DNA from: Patescibacteria group bacterium
GTDB lineage: Bacteria; Patescibacteriota; Patescibacteriia; UBA9570
Assembly (NCBI GenBank): GCA_041660305.1
Contig: JBAZWO010000002.1
Coordinates: 132,739-196,738, forward strand
DNA: 64,000 nt
Direction of reading: 5' to 3'
Shown: positions 50,520 through 61,272 of the stretch, piece by piece
Layout: every line of letters begins with the position of its first letter
Numbering within the stretch: position 1 is the stretch's first letter
The notes under the pieces: model-generated
What the model saw: the letters and a program-made list of their open reading frames with translations, nothing else
Told to the model about the DNA's origin: nothing
The model's database searches: none
Translations under genes and position numbers: made by a program

Positions 50520-52001
50520 ATGGCTTTGCCTGCCCGTTTAGCAAAAAATTCTACTTATCTTACATTATCTTCAATTTTTCAAAAAATTGTTTCTTTTTGG
50601 TATTTTGCCTATATTACTGGGGCTTTAGAAGCTAAAACGTTAGATAATTATGTGTTTGCCTTAAATTATGCTGGTATTTTTGTGATTATCATGAATTTTG
50701 GTCTTATTCCAGTGTTAACACGAGAAGGAGCGAAACAGCCAGAAAAAATACAAGAACAAATGGACACGATTCTTACTTTAAAACTAATTATAACAGCTAT
50801 ATCTTCTGTGGTAATGTTGGTAGTATATTATGGCTTAAATTGGTTTAAGGTATATTGGTTACACACGGTAGCTTTACCTCGCTCAGTAACTATTTTAGTG
50901 TATTTAACGTTGGCTATGATTATTTTTGATACATTTCGCTCTATTTTTTTGGCGGTATTTCGAGCTCGTCAGGAAATGCATTATGAAGCCATTGGTCAAT
51001 TTATCTATCAAATTATTGTGGTGGCCGGCGGCGTTGGAGCGATTGTCCTGGGGTATAAAAGTCGTTGGTTAATTTTAGCTTTAATTTTAGCTAGTGGTTG
51101 GTATTGTTTGTATGCTTTAATTATAATGTTGTCTAAGGCAAAAATTCGTCTAAAATTTGCTAAATTTGATAAAACAATTCTAATGACCTTATTAAAAATA
51201 GCTGCACCGTTTGCGTTAGCAGATGCTTTTTTTAAACTCAATGGATCGTTAGATTCTGTAATGTTAAAGTATTTGGCAGGTGAAGGTTCGGTTACTTGGC
51301 ATGCAGTAGCTTTAAAATTAACCGTCACTTTAACTGTTATACCAGGAGCGTTTGCTACGGCTTATTTTCCGGCTATGAGCCGAGCGTTTACAGAATCAAT
51401 TCAGGCTTTAAAAAAAGTGTTCCAACAAATGCTATATTATTTATTAATACTAAGCGTACCTATTAGCGGCGCCGTGTTTGTACTGGCACCACATATTATT
51501 AATTTATTTTTTCATAAATTACCAGCTGCCATTCCAGCCTTACAAATTTTTTCTGTCAGCATTGTGTTATTGTTTGTGAATTATCCCATTGGTAACGTGT
51601 TAAACGCGGCTAACAAACAAACAGTCAATACCATTAACATGGGTATTGCCATGGCCGTAAACGTATTATTAAATTTTATACTAATACCATTATACACTTA
51701 TATTGGTGCGGCTATTGCGGCAGTAATTAGTACAGTCGTATTAATTGTATTAGGGTTTATTCAAGTGCAGCGTTTATTTAACATTGATACAAAACTATTA
51801 CTAAATAAATTTGCTAGAATAGCGCTAGCCAGTGCCGGTATGGTGGTAGTAGTACAGTATGTACAATATAAAGTTTCATTTATCATATTAGTGATATTGG
51901 GTGCGCTACTCTACTTGGCGTTGTTATTATTAATTAAAGGAATTACGGTAGCAGAATTACGTGATTTGTATCGAGCCTTATTAAAACGTGGTCAATCATA
52001 A
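50520..52001 (+). CDS. MOP-superfamily polysaccharide/oligosaccharide flippase (Wzx-like)
   Basis: 493 aa with about 12-14 TM helices. Leads a glycosyltransferase cluster. Confidence 0.7.
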   Translation: MALPARLAKNSTYLTLSSIFQKIVSFWYFAYITGALEAKTLDNYVFALNYAGIFVIIMNFGLIPVLTREGAKQPEKIQEQMDTILTLKLIITAISSVVMLVVYYGLNWFKVYWLHTVALPRSVTILVYLTLAMIIFDTFRSIFLAVFRARQEMHYEAIGQFIYQIIVVAGGVGAIVLGYKSRWLILALILASGWYCLYALIIMLSKAKIRLKFAKFDKTILMTLLKIAAPFALADAFFKLNGSLDSVMLKYLAGEGSVTWHAVALKLTVTLTVIPGAFATAYFPAMSRAFTESIQALKKVFQQMLYYLLILSVPISGAVFVLAPHIINLFFHKLPAAIPALQIFSVSIVLLFVNYPIGNVLNAANKQTVNTINMGIAMAVNVLLNFILIPLYTYIGAAIAAVISTVVLIVLGFIQVQRLFNIDTKLLLNKFARIALASAGMVVVVQYVQYKVSFIILVILGALLYLALLLLIKGITVAELRDLYRALLKRGQS

Positions 52002-52004
52002 ATT

Positions 52005-53033
52005 ATGCAACGGGTATTATTAGTTACATTAGAATATCCGCCAATGGTAGGTGGGGTGGCTAATTATTATCAACAATTAGTGTGGCACGTTACTAACGAT
52101 AACATTACGGTGTTAGATAATAAATCAGGTTCATTAACTCCCTGGTGGAAAAGTTTTTGGGTTATTTATAAAAACATTAAAGTCAAACAAATAAATTATG
52201 TGTTAGTTGGTCAAATTTTACCGCTTGGCACAGTATTAATAATATTAAACTTATTATTTAACACACCGTTTGCGGTGTTTATTCATGGCATGGATATTAC
52301 AGTACCGCAAAAATATTGGCGTAAGCGCGTGTTACTAAAATTAATTTTAAACAAAGCCAAACACATTATTACTGTATCAAATTATACCAAACAAGAAATC
52401 GTTAAATTAGTATCAAACGTTAATCAAGAAAAGATCGTGATTATTTCACCAGCGCCAACCGTTACGCCAGAATCAATATCTAATAATAGAGCAATATTAC
52501 CAGTTGATTTACCAGGGTGCTACATATTATCTGTTGGGCGTTTAGTAGAAAGAAAAGGTTTTGATTTAGTTATTCAAGCTCTAGCTAAATTATCAATTAA
52601 ACACAATAATGTACACTATGTTATAGCCGGTTCTGGCATCGAAACTTATCAAGTTAATGAACGAGTGCATGTTTATTCAGGATTATCCAATGAACAAATC
52701 GCCCTCTTATACCAACAGTGTGCGTTTTTGGTTATGCCAGCTAGACGCTTAGCTAACGGTGATTTTGAAGGCTTTGGCACAGTAGTGTTAGAGGCAGCGT
52801 TGTTTGGCAAGCCGTGCATTGGTGGCGAAGGTGGTATGAGTGCTGCTATTATTCATAATAAAACGGGCGTTATATTACAACCAGTTACTGTAAACACGCT
52901 AGCTAATCAATTACAAAACTGGTTAGATAATCCTGTTTTAGTTCAGCAATTAGGTGTTCAAGCACAACAGCGCGCCAAATTAATAACCTGGGAAGATAAT
53001 GTTAATAAATTAGAAAGTGTATGGCAGAAATGA
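52005..53033 (+). CDS. GT4-family (GT-B) glycosyltransferase
   Basis: C-terminal EGFG..LEA...G.P motif (FEGFGTVVLEAALFGKPCIG). Confidence 0.8.
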   Translation: MQRVLLVTLEYPPMVGGVANYYQQLVWHVTNDNITVLDNKSGSLTPWWKSFWVIYKNIKVKQINYVLVGQILPLGTVLIILNLLFNTPFAVFIHGMDITVPQKYWRKRVLLKLILNKAKHIITVSNYTKQEIVKLVSNVNQEKIVIISPAPTVTPESISNNRAILPVDLPGCYILSVGRLVERKGFDLVIQALAKLSIKHNNVHYVIAGSGIETYQVNERVHVYSGLSNEQIALLYQQCAFLVMPARRLANGDFEGFGTVVLEAALFGKPCIGGEGGMSAAIIHNKTGVILQPVTVNTLANQLQNWLDNPVLVQQLGVQAQQRAKLITWEDNVNKLESVWQK

Positions 53034-53884
53034 ATAATAAATTACAGCTATCTATTTTAATTGTTTCTTGGAATGTACGTGAACATCTCAAGCGCTGTTT
53101 ACAAGCTATTTATCAACATACTAGTGGTATAGATTTTGAGGTGATTGTAGTAGATAATGCTTCAAATGATGGCTCGGCAGATATGGTAGCTAAAGAATTC
53201 TCTCAAGTGCAATTAGTTCGTAATTTAAAAAATAGAGGTTTTGCGGCGGCGAATAATCAGGTGATTAAGTTAGCTAAAGGGGAATATATTCTATTTTTAA
53301 ATGATGATACAGAAATTACTAGTAACATTTTTAAAACACTGTTAGATAAATATCAGGCTTTGGATTCAGCTATTGGCATGTTGGGTTGTAGATTATTAAA
53401 TCCAGACGGCGCACAACAGGCTTCGGTTCGTAAATTACCAACTATATTTGATCAAACCGTTATCTTGTTAAAATTACAGCATTTATTTCCAAAATTATTA
53501 ACTAAGTATTGGCAGAGTAATTTTAATTATCAGCAAGAACAAATAGTAGAACAGGTGATGGGGGCGTTTATGTTCATGCCTAAAGTGGTATTAGATAAGA
53601 TAGGTTATTTTGATGAACGATTTTTTAATTGGTTTGAAGAGGTGGATTTACAAAAACGCTTACAAGAGCAACATTATAAAATATTATATACACCAATAGT
53701 AAGTTGTATTCATGTTAAAGGCCCTAGTTTTAAACAATTAAGTAAACCAGCGGCTCAAAAAATGTTTAATGCAAGTATGTTGAGTTACTTTAAAAAACAT
53801 CATTCTGTGTTAGCGGTAATCTGGCTTGGTATTTTATGGCCATTTAGTATACTATTAGCTTATGCGCTTAACTTTTTTCGTTAG
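53021..53884 (+). CDS. GT2-family glycosyltransferase
   Basis: SILIVSWN..VVDNASNDGS, FLNDDT (DxD). Confidence 0.8.
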   Translation: MAEMNNKLQLSILIVSWNVREHLKRCLQAIYQHTSGIDFEVIVVDNASNDGSADMVAKEFSQVQLVRNLKNRGFAAANNQVIKLAKGEYILFLNDDTEITSNIFKTLLDKYQALDSAIGMLGCRLLNPDGAQQASVRKLPTIFDQTVILLKLQHLFPKLLTKYWQSNFNYQQEQIVEQVMGAFMFMPKVVLDKIGYFDERFFNWFEEVDLQKRLQEQHYKILYTPIVSCIHVKGPSFKQLSKPAAQKMFNASMLSYFKKHHSVLAVIWLGILWPFSILLAYALNFFR

Positions 53885-55340
53885 AGCTACAGCCATACTA
53901 TTGGCGATTGAGTTAATTTCTTGGTTAGCTTTTAATAATCCAATTATTAATACAGTAGCTTTTATTAGTGTATTGTTAGTGGTGTTGCTCAGTAGTTGTT
54001 ATAAACTAGAATATGGTGTGTATGCGATAATAGGAGAACTAGCAATTGGTTCGCAAGGACACTTATTAAATCTTGATATTGGCTCATTAATTAATGTTCC
54101 TTTGCGCTATGGATTATTTTTAATAGTAATGTTGGCCTGGTTAATTACTGTTATTAAAGAAAGAAAAATTATTTTTTTTAAATTAATATTTTGGCGTTGG
54201 TATGTAGCTTTAGTGGTTTGTTTTGGGTTGGGAATATTAATTGGTTATTTAAATGGTAATCAATTAAGCAATATTTATAATGATGTTAACGGCTATTTAT
54301 TTTTTGTTTTAATACTGCCATTTAGCCAAGCGCTTGTTTCAAAACAACAAATTGAGAAAGTGTTGTTAGTTGTTTTGGCTGGAGTAGCGGTGTTAACCGG
54401 TGAAACGATACTGTTATTATTTCTTTACTCACATCGCGAAACTTTTATTAATGTATTGCCGTTATTATACCGCTGGTTACGTGATTGGCGAATTGCCGAA
54501 ATTACTTTACACGAAAATGGTTTTACCAGGATATTTTTACAGAGCCAACTTTATGTGGTGTTGGTTATGTTACTTAGTTTAGCGGCTTTATTACAAAAAT
54601 ATTGTTATAAATATTTAGCAGTATTTGGTACGACTAGTATTTTAATTTTTATTAGTTATTCACGCAGTTTTTGGGTAGGAGCAATAGCGGCGTTAGGATT
54701 AGTGGGATTATATTTGTTATTTGTTAAAAAAATAAAATTATTTAATATTATTAAATTGTATGGTAGTTTGTTATTAGTATTTGTATTAGGCTATGTAATA
54801 GTATTGGGTATTATTAATGTACCGTTATTTGGTATGGCTGGTTCTAATGTTTCCGCTGAATCTTTATTTAGCGAACGCACGGATAATCCAGCGGACGACG
54901 CGGCCGGTGGTTCACGCATGGCTTTATTAAAACCATTATTTAACACTAATTTACAATATCCAATATTAGGAGCAGGTTTTGGTAAAACAGTAACCTATAA
55001 AACATTAGAGCCGCGTATTTTAGAAAAAGATCCTAATGGCTTATTAACTACATTTTCATTCGAATGGGGTTATTTAGATTTGTGGCTAAAATTAGGTATT
55101 ATTGGTTTGTGTGTGTATTTATTAATATTAGGTAAATTATTATATAGAGGATATGGTTTAATGAATATTGTTTCTGGTGAAGATAATATTATTTTAACGG
55201 GCACATGGTTGGCAGTTGTAGCATTATTGGTCATTCATATATTTACACCATTTTTAAATCATCCGTTAGGGATCGGCCTTATATTATTGTTTATTTGTTT
55301 TATTAATATTTATGCAGCAAACAAAATTACCGCTCGTTAG
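53862..55340 (+). CDS. O-antigen ligase/polymerase-like polytopic membrane protein (Wzy_C-like)
   Basis: About 12 TM helices. FISYSRSFWVG loop typical of the O-antigen ligase family. Confidence 0.65.
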   Translation: MRLTFFVRATAILLAIELISWLAFNNPIINTVAFISVLLVVLLSSCYKLEYGVYAIIGELAIGSQGHLLNLDIGSLINVPLRYGLFLIVMLAWLITVIKERKIIFFKLIFWRWYVALVVCFGLGILIGYLNGNQLSNIYNDVNGYLFFVLILPFSQALVSKQQIEKVLLVVLAGVAVLTGETILLLFLYSHRETFINVLPLLYRWLRDWRIAEITLHENGFTRIFLQSQLYVVLVMLLSLAALLQKYCYKYLAVFGTTSILIFISYSRSFWVGAIAALGLVGLYLLFVKKIKLFNIIKLYGSLLLVFVLGYVIVLGIINVPLFGMAGSNVSAESLFSERTDNPADDAAGGSRMALLKPLFNTNLQYPILGAGFGKTVTYKTLEPRILEKDPNGLLTTFSFEWGYLDLWLKLGIIGLCVYLLILGKLLYRGYGLMNIVSGEDNIILTGTWLAVVALLVIHIFTPFLNHPLGIGLILLFICFINIYAANKITAR

Positions 55341-56283
55341 TGTTATTATTTTAACGCATAATAGTAAGCAATATTTGCTAGCTTTATTTTTTTCATTACA
55401 ACAACAAACTTATAAAAATTTAGAAATTATTGTAGTAGATAGTGCTTCTACAGATGATACGGTAGTTTGGCTAAAACAACAAAACATATTATCTAATATT
55501 AAAATAATTACTTGTGCAGAAAATATTTGGTTTGCTAAAGGTAATAATTTAGGTGCTCAAGCAGCTAAAGGTGATTATTTGTTATTTTCTAATGATGATA
55601 TTGTTTTAGAGTGTAATTACATTGAATTATTAGTGCAGTTATTGCAAAAGAATCATAAGATTGGCATGATTAGTGGCAAATTATTAAAATTAATTAATGG
55701 TAAACCAAGCGGTATAATTGATTCTACAGGCTTGGTGATTAATCATTATCGTAAGGTAATTAATCGTGGTGAAAATGAATTAGATCGGCAGCAATTTGAA
55801 CAGGCCGGTGAACTATTTGGTGTTACTGGAGCTCTTATGATGGTTAGTAAGTTAGCGCTTAATAATATTTTGGAAGCTGGCCAGTTTTTTGATGAAGATT
55901 TTGTGGCTTATAAAGAAGATATTGATGTGTCTTGGCGGATGCAGCGAGCTAGTTGGCAAGTGTATTATTCGCCAACAGCCATTGCTTATCATGCTCGCAC
56001 AGTGCAGCAACAAAATTTATCGGAACGTAAATCTAGAGCAACTATTGTAAAAAAATATTCTTATCGTAATCACATCTGGCTGTTAATCAAGAATGAATAT
56101 TGGCGTGATTTTTTGCGTGATGGGGTTTTTATTATTGGCTATGAAATAATAAAATTGGTATATATTTGCTTAAAAGAGCCAGCTACGCTAAAATGTTTAC
56201 CGCAATTATTAAGTCAAATTAAGCACATCTGGCATAAACGCAAATTATTGCCTAAACAATCACTTGGTTTATGGATACAGTAA
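55312..56283 (+). CDS. GT2-family glycosyltransferase
   Basis: VSVIILTHNS..VVDSASTDDT, FSNDDI (DxD). Confidence 0.8.
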   Translation: MQQTKLPLVSVIILTHNSKQYLLALFFSLQQQTYKNLEIIVVDSASTDDTVVWLKQQNILSNIKIITCAENIWFAKGNNLGAQAAKGDYLLFSNDDIVLECNYIELLVQLLQKNHKIGMISGKLLKLINGKPSGIIDSTGLVINHYRKVINRGENELDRQQFEQAGELFGVTGALMMVSKLALNNILEAGQFFDEDFVAYKEDIDVSWRMQRASWQVYYSPTAIAYHARTVQQQNLSERKSRATIVKKYSYRNHIWLLIKNEYWRDFLRDGVFIIGYEIIKLVYICLKEPATLKCLPQLLSQIKHIWHKRKLLPKQSLGLWIQ

Positions 56284-57095
56284 TATTATCAATTATTATT
56301 TTAAATTATAATACCAAACACTTATTAAGATTAATGTTAAAAAATTTAGTGGCTTTAAATTTAACCATTAGTCATGAAATAATTGTAGTTGATAATCATT
56401 CCCAAGATGATAGTGTTAAAATGGTAAAAAAATATTTTCCGCAGGTGCGCTTAATTGAGAATGATAAAAACGTTGGTCATGCGGCTGGTAATAATATTGG
56501 TATGCGTGTAGCTAAAGGTAAATATTTTTTAATTATTAATAGTGATATTATTATTCATCAGACTAAAGCGCTATACGACATCATTGAATACATGGAGCAA
56601 CATACGGATATTGGTATATTAGGTCCAAAATTATTAAATGGCGATGGTAGTGTGCAATATTCTTGTTTTCGACCATATCGTTTGTTAACGCCAATTTTTC
56701 GACGGACGCCATTAGGAAAATTGGCTTTGGCCAAACGAGACTTAGCTCGCCATTTAATGACAGATAATAATCATACACAAATTCAGACAGTGGATTGGTT
56801 ATTAGGAGCAATGTTATTGATTCGAGCGCAAGCTGTACAAGAGCACGGTTTTTTTAATGAACGATTTTTTCTGTATTTTGCTGATTATGAATTATGCGAT
56901 CGTTTGTGCCACTATCATTATAAAGTAGTTTATTATCCTAATGTGGCTATGGTTCATTATCATCGGCGTGAATCGGCTGACGGTTCCATTTGGAGTGGTT
57001 TAGGTAGTTTACTTAATTATACAACTAGAGTACACTTAACCGATTGGTTTACTTATTTAGCTATCAAACAACAAGGTTATGACAAAAATTCCTAA
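56271..57095 (+). CDS. GT2-family glycosyltransferase
   Basis: LSIIILNYN..VVDNHSQDDS, IINSDI (DxD). Confidence 0.8.
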   Translation: MDTVILSIIILNYNTKHLLRLMLKNLVALNLTISHEIIVVDNHSQDDSVKMVKKYFPQVRLIENDKNVGHAAGNNIGMRVAKGKYFLIINSDIIIHQTKALYDIIEYMEQHTDIGILGPKLLNGDGSVQYSCFRPYRLLTPIFRRTPLGKLALAKRDLARHLMTDNNHTQIQTVDWLLGAMLLIRAQAVQEHGFFNERFFLYFADYELCDRLCHYHYKVVYYPNVAMVHYHRRESADGSIWSGLGSLLNYTTRVHLTDWFTYLAIKQQGYDKNS

Positions 57096-59064
57096 TATTA
57101 AAATAAATCAACCAAAAAAAATTATTCCTCAGCAAGTTAAATATCAACCTAAAGCACGGTTTTGGTCTAAGCGTAAAAAAACCATTGTTAGTGTAGTGAG
57201 TGCAGTGTTAATAGTATTATTAGGTGGCAGTGGGTTAGCTTATGCCCAAGGTATAGTAGTATATCGAGAAGCCATGTCAGCCAAAACTAGTTTTGAACGG
57301 GCTAAACAGGCTTTAGAAAAAAAAGATTTTGATACCATTAAACAGGAATTGCAAACCGGGCAAACTCATTTAGAACAAGCCCAAGTGGCTTCTAATAAAA
57401 TGCGTTGGTTAAAATGGCTGCCAGTAATAACTACACAGTTTGCAGCGGTAGATCATATTTTAAATGGCGGTGTAGCTGTAGCTCAAGCTGGACAGGATAT
57501 TACAGTAGTGACTGAAGATATTTATAGTGCTATGCCCGATGAAGAAGCTAGTTTTAATAGCATATCAGATGAGGAACGCCAAGCCGTATTAGCAAAAATT
57601 TCTAATTCACCAGAGCAATTAATTGGAGCTCAGCAAAAGTTAAATTACGCGGTTAGTGAATTTGATTTAGTGCCTAGTAGTGGTGTAATTGGTCCGTTAG
57701 CTAGTTTAACCGGCATGTTGAAAGAAAAACTACCTTTTATGAAAGAAATGGTACAGAAAGTTTTACCATTACTACAAGTAGCGCCGAGCATTTTAGGTTA
57801 TCCAGATGAGCAAACCTACTTATTTTTATTACAAAATAATCGTGAATTAAGGCCCACTGGTGGTTTTATTGGTACTTATGGCACTTTAATTTTACGAGAT
57901 GCACAAATTGAAAAATTTGAAACTAATAATATTTATAATTTAGATGAACCAGTCAAAAACACATTATTTCGTAAACCACCAGAACCACTGGGACGTTATT
58001 TAAAAATCGATCAATGGTTTATGCGTGATGCTAATTGGGATCCAGATTTTCCCACCACCGCTCAAATAACCGAAGATTTTTATCATGCCGAGAACGGTCC
58101 AATTGAAAATATAGACGGTGTTTTAGCAGTTACTCCCATGTTTATTCAGGATTTAATGGTGCTAACCGGTCCAATTACTGTAGATGGTGATCAATTCACC
58201 AAGGAGAATATCATTGATACTATTCAATATCAATCAGAATTTGGCTATATAAAAAAAGGTTTAAAAAATTCAGAACGCAAAGTGATAATTGGCAAATTAG
58301 CTACTATTATTAAAGACAAGTTATTAAATTTACCCAGTGCACAATGGGGTACATTATTGGAAATCATGATAAAAAATTTAGATGAAAAACAAGTATTAAT
58401 ATATTCAAAAAATAATCAAGCCCAAACATTAGTTCAGCAATTAGGCTGGGATGGTTCCATTAATCAGCCAAAGAGTGATTTCCTAATGTTGGTAGATGCA
58501 AATTTATCAGCTTTAAAGACTGATAAAGTAATGGAAAAACACATTGATTATCAAGTGACTCAAGAAAATGGTGATTATATTGCTAATTTAAAAATTACTT
58601 ATAAACATGCTGGTATCCAAGATGATAAATTTATTACTCGTTATCGTAGTTATGCCAGAGTCTATGTACCAAGTGGTAGTCAGTTACTTGGTTCGGATGG
58701 TTTTTTAACTAATTCTGAATTTGAAGGCGGTGTACCAGTGGAAGCACAAACTACCGAAGCGGCTGCAGTAAATAAAACAGTATTTGCCGGCTTTATTTCT
58801 GTGGAAGCACAAACTAGTAAAACCATCTCTTTACGTTATAAGTTACCAGTGGCCATGCAACAAGCTGTATTGAACGATCAACAGTATCGTTTATATGCAC
58901 AAAAACAACCCGGCACTAATAATGTTACACTAACTGTCAGTTTTGATATTGGTAAAGCAATAAAAGATTATACACCAGTTGACAAAATTGAAAAAAATGA
59001 TAATAATAAAATAATCTTACAAACTCCTTTAAATGTAGATCAACAAATTACCGCAAGTTTTTAG
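57079..59064 (+). CDS. membrane-anchored extracytoplasmic protein, DUF4012-like
   Basis: One N-terminal TM helix. LQNNRELRPTGGFIGTYG resembles the conserved NNAE.R.TGG motif I associate with DUF4012. Confidence 0.5.
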   Translation: MTKIPNIKINQPKKIIPQQVKYQPKARFWSKRKKTIVSVVSAVLIVLLGGSGLAYAQGIVVYREAMSAKTSFERAKQALEKKDFDTIKQELQTGQTHLEQAQVASNKMRWLKWLPVITTQFAAVDHILNGGVAVAQAGQDITVVTEDIYSAMPDEEASFNSISDEERQAVLAKISNSPEQLIGAQQKLNYAVSEFDLVPSSGVIGPLASLTGMLKEKLPFMKEMVQKVLPLLQVAPSILGYPDEQTYLFLLQNNRELRPTGGFIGTYGTLILRDAQIEKFETNNIYNLDEPVKNTLFRKPPEPLGRYLKIDQWFMRDANWDPDFPTTAQITEDFYHAENGPIENIDGVLAVTPMFIQDLMVLTGPITVDGDQFTKENIIDTIQYQSEFGYIKKGLKNSERKVIIGKLATIIKDKLLNLPSAQWGTLLEIMIKNLDEKQVLIYSKNNQAQTLVQQLGWDGSINQPKSDFLMLVDANLSALKTDKVMEKHIDYQVTQENGDYIANLKITYKHAGIQDDKFITRYRSYARVYVPSGSQLLGSDGFLTNSEFEGGVPVEAQTTEAAAVNKTVFAGFISVEAQTSKTISLRYKLPVAMQQAVLNDQQYRLYAQKQPGTNNVTLTVSFDIGKAIKDYTPVDKIEKNDNNKIILQTPLNVDQQITASF

Positions 59065-59082
59065 AGGTTAATTCATGTTAGC

Positions 59083-60090
59083 ATGTTTATAAAGAAAATT
59101 GGTATAGATTTAGGTACAGTTAATACATTGGTTTATGTACCAAAGCGTGGCATTGTTATTAATGAGCCATCAGTGGTGGCGATTGGAAAAGATGAAAAAA
59201 TAGTGTTAGCCGTAGGCGGCGAAGCTAGAGAAATGTTAGGGAGAACTCCTGATACTATTATAGCTAAACGACCATTAAAAGACGGTGTAATTGCTGATTA
59301 CAAAACCACTGAGAGCATGTTGCGTTATTTTATTAATAAAGCGCTTGGTGGAATTAGATTTATCAGTCCAGAGGTGATGATTGCTGTACCGGCTGGTATT
59401 ACTTCAACCGAGCGTCGAGCGGTTATCGACGCTACTTTACAGGCCGGGGCGAAAGCCGCTTATATTATTAAACAACCAGTGGCTTCAGCCATTGGTGCCG
59501 GTATTCCTATTGGTTCGGCTTCCGGACACATGATTATTGAAATTGGTGGGGGCACTAGTGAAATTGCGGTTATTTCGTTAGGTGGAATTGTGGCTAATGC
59601 TTCTGTGCGCATTGGTGGCACAAAATTTGATTCGGCTATTCAAGAATATGTTCGTAAGCAATATAATTTAGCCATTGGTGAACGTAGTGCCGAAGAGTTA
59701 AAAATTAAAATTGGTTCAGCTTTACCATTACGTGAAAAATTAAGTATGGAAGTACGTGGGCGTGATATGATTACCGGTTTGCCACGCACGAATGAAGTAA
59801 CATCGGATGATATTACTTTAGCTATTCAAGATGAGTTACAAGGTATTATCCAGGCAGTGAAATCTGTGTTACAAGAAACCCCGCCAGAATTATCAGCTGA
59901 TGTAATTGATAAAGGCATGGTAGTGTCGGGCGGCTCCGGCATGTTACGAAATTTAAATGAATTGTTAGCGCGAGCTATTGGAGTGCCGGCCTATGTAGCT
60001 GATGAACCATTACAAAATGTAGTAAAAGGTACTGGCATTGCTTTAGATAACCTAGAATCGTATAAACGTTCTATTTTAGCTACTAAGTAA
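59083..60090 (+). CDS. mreB: rod-shape-determining actin homologue MreB
   Basis: IGIDLGTVNTLVY, actin-fold phosphate and adenosine motifs (EIGGGTSEIAV, VSGGSGMLRNL). Confidence 0.95.
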   Translation: MFIKKIGIDLGTVNTLVYVPKRGIVINEPSVVAIGKDEKIVLAVGGEAREMLGRTPDTIIAKRPLKDGVIADYKTTESMLRYFINKALGGIRFISPEVMIAVPAGITSTERRAVIDATLQAGAKAAYIIKQPVASAIGAGIPIGSASGHMIIEIGGGTSEIAVISLGGIVANASVRIGGTKFDSAIQEYVRKQYNLAIGERSAEELKIKIGSALPLREKLSMEVRGRDMITGLPRTNEVTSDDITLAIQDELQGIIQAVKSVLQETPPELSADVIDKGMVVSGGSGMLRNLNELLARAIGVPAYVADEPLQNVVKGTGIALDNLESYKRSILATK

Positions 60091-60094
60091 AATC

Positions 60095-61264
60095 ATGAAA
60101 ATAATTGGCATTGATGCTTCACGAGCCAATGTGCATAATAGAACCGGTACAGAATGGTATATTTTTAATTTATTAGAACAATTTAAAACTATTATACCGA
60201 GTAGTTATAGAGTAATATTATACAGTAAAGAACCATTAATAGAAGGCTTGAATACGTTACCGGTTAATTGGAAAAATAAAACTTTGCGTTGGCCACCCAA
60301 ATTATTATGGACGCAGTTACGTTTGTCTTTAGCTATGTTCAATGGTCATGATAAACCGGATGTATTATTTATACCCGCACATACTATTCCAATTTGGCAT
60401 CCAAAAAAAACTATCTATGTAGCCCATGATCTTGGTTTTGAAGCGTATCAGGAGATTTATAGTAATAGTTACATTGGTGGTAAGTGGATGAATTATTTAA
60501 TAAAATTAGGTTCGTTGGGTAAATATAGTACTAGTGAATTAGATTATCATCGTTGGTCAATGCGTTTTTCAGCTCGCACGGCTAGTAGTATTATTACTAT
60601 TTCAAATTTTAGTAAACACGAATTACAAAAATATTATCACATTCCAGCGGAAAAAATTACAGTTATTTATAATGGTTTTACTAATAATGATTATTTTTAT
60701 TTAAACAAAAATCATAATAATCAACCACCTTATATATTATTCGTTGGACGAATTGAGCATAAAAAAAATATTTTAAATTTAATTCGTGCTTATGCCTTAC
60801 TAAAACACAAATACCATTTACAACACCATCTAAAATTAGTTGGCATACCAGGTTATGGTTACCAGGATATTTTACAGGAAATAAATAAACAAGCTTTGCA
60901 GCAGTACATTGATTTATGTGGCTATGTACCGCAAGCTGATATGAATATATTAATGAATCAAGCAGCGGCGTTTGTATTTCCTTCTCATTATGAGGGTTTT
61001 GGTATTCCTATTTTAGAAGCTTTAGCAGCCGGTACACCGGTGGCCTGTTCTGATATACCGGCTTTGCGCGAGGTTGGTGGATCAGCTAGTGCTTATTTTA
61101 ATAAAGATAATCCAGCAGATATAGCCAAAAAAATTACAGCTGTGTTACAACGGTCAGTCATTGAACAACAACAATATCGTGTAGCTGGTTTTCAACAAAT
61201 TAAATTATTTAGCTGGAGAAAATGTGCTATGGCAACTTGGCAAATCATCGTTTCATCATTATAA
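60095..61264 (+). CDS. GT4-family (GT-B) glycosyltransferase
   Basis: FVGRIEHKKN, PSHYEGFGIPILEALAAGTPV. Confidence 0.8.
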   Translation: MKIIGIDASRANVHNRTGTEWYIFNLLEQFKTIIPSSYRVILYSKEPLIEGLNTLPVNWKNKTLRWPPKLLWTQLRLSLAMFNGHDKPDVLFIPAHTIPIWHPKKTIYVAHDLGFEAYQEIYSNSYIGGKWMNYLIKLGSLGKYSTSELDYHRWSMRFSARTASSIITISNFSKHELQKYYHIPAEKITVIYNGFTNNDYFYLNKNHNNQPPYILFVGRIEHKKNILNLIRAYALLKHKYHLQHHLKLVGIPGYGYQDILQEINKQALQQYIDLCGYVPQADMNILMNQAAAFVFPSHYEGFGIPILEALAAGTPVACSDIPALREVGGSASAYFNKDNPADIAKKITAVLQRSVIEQQQYRVAGFQQIKLFSWRKCAMATWQIIVSSL

Positions 61265-61272
61265 TATAAGTT

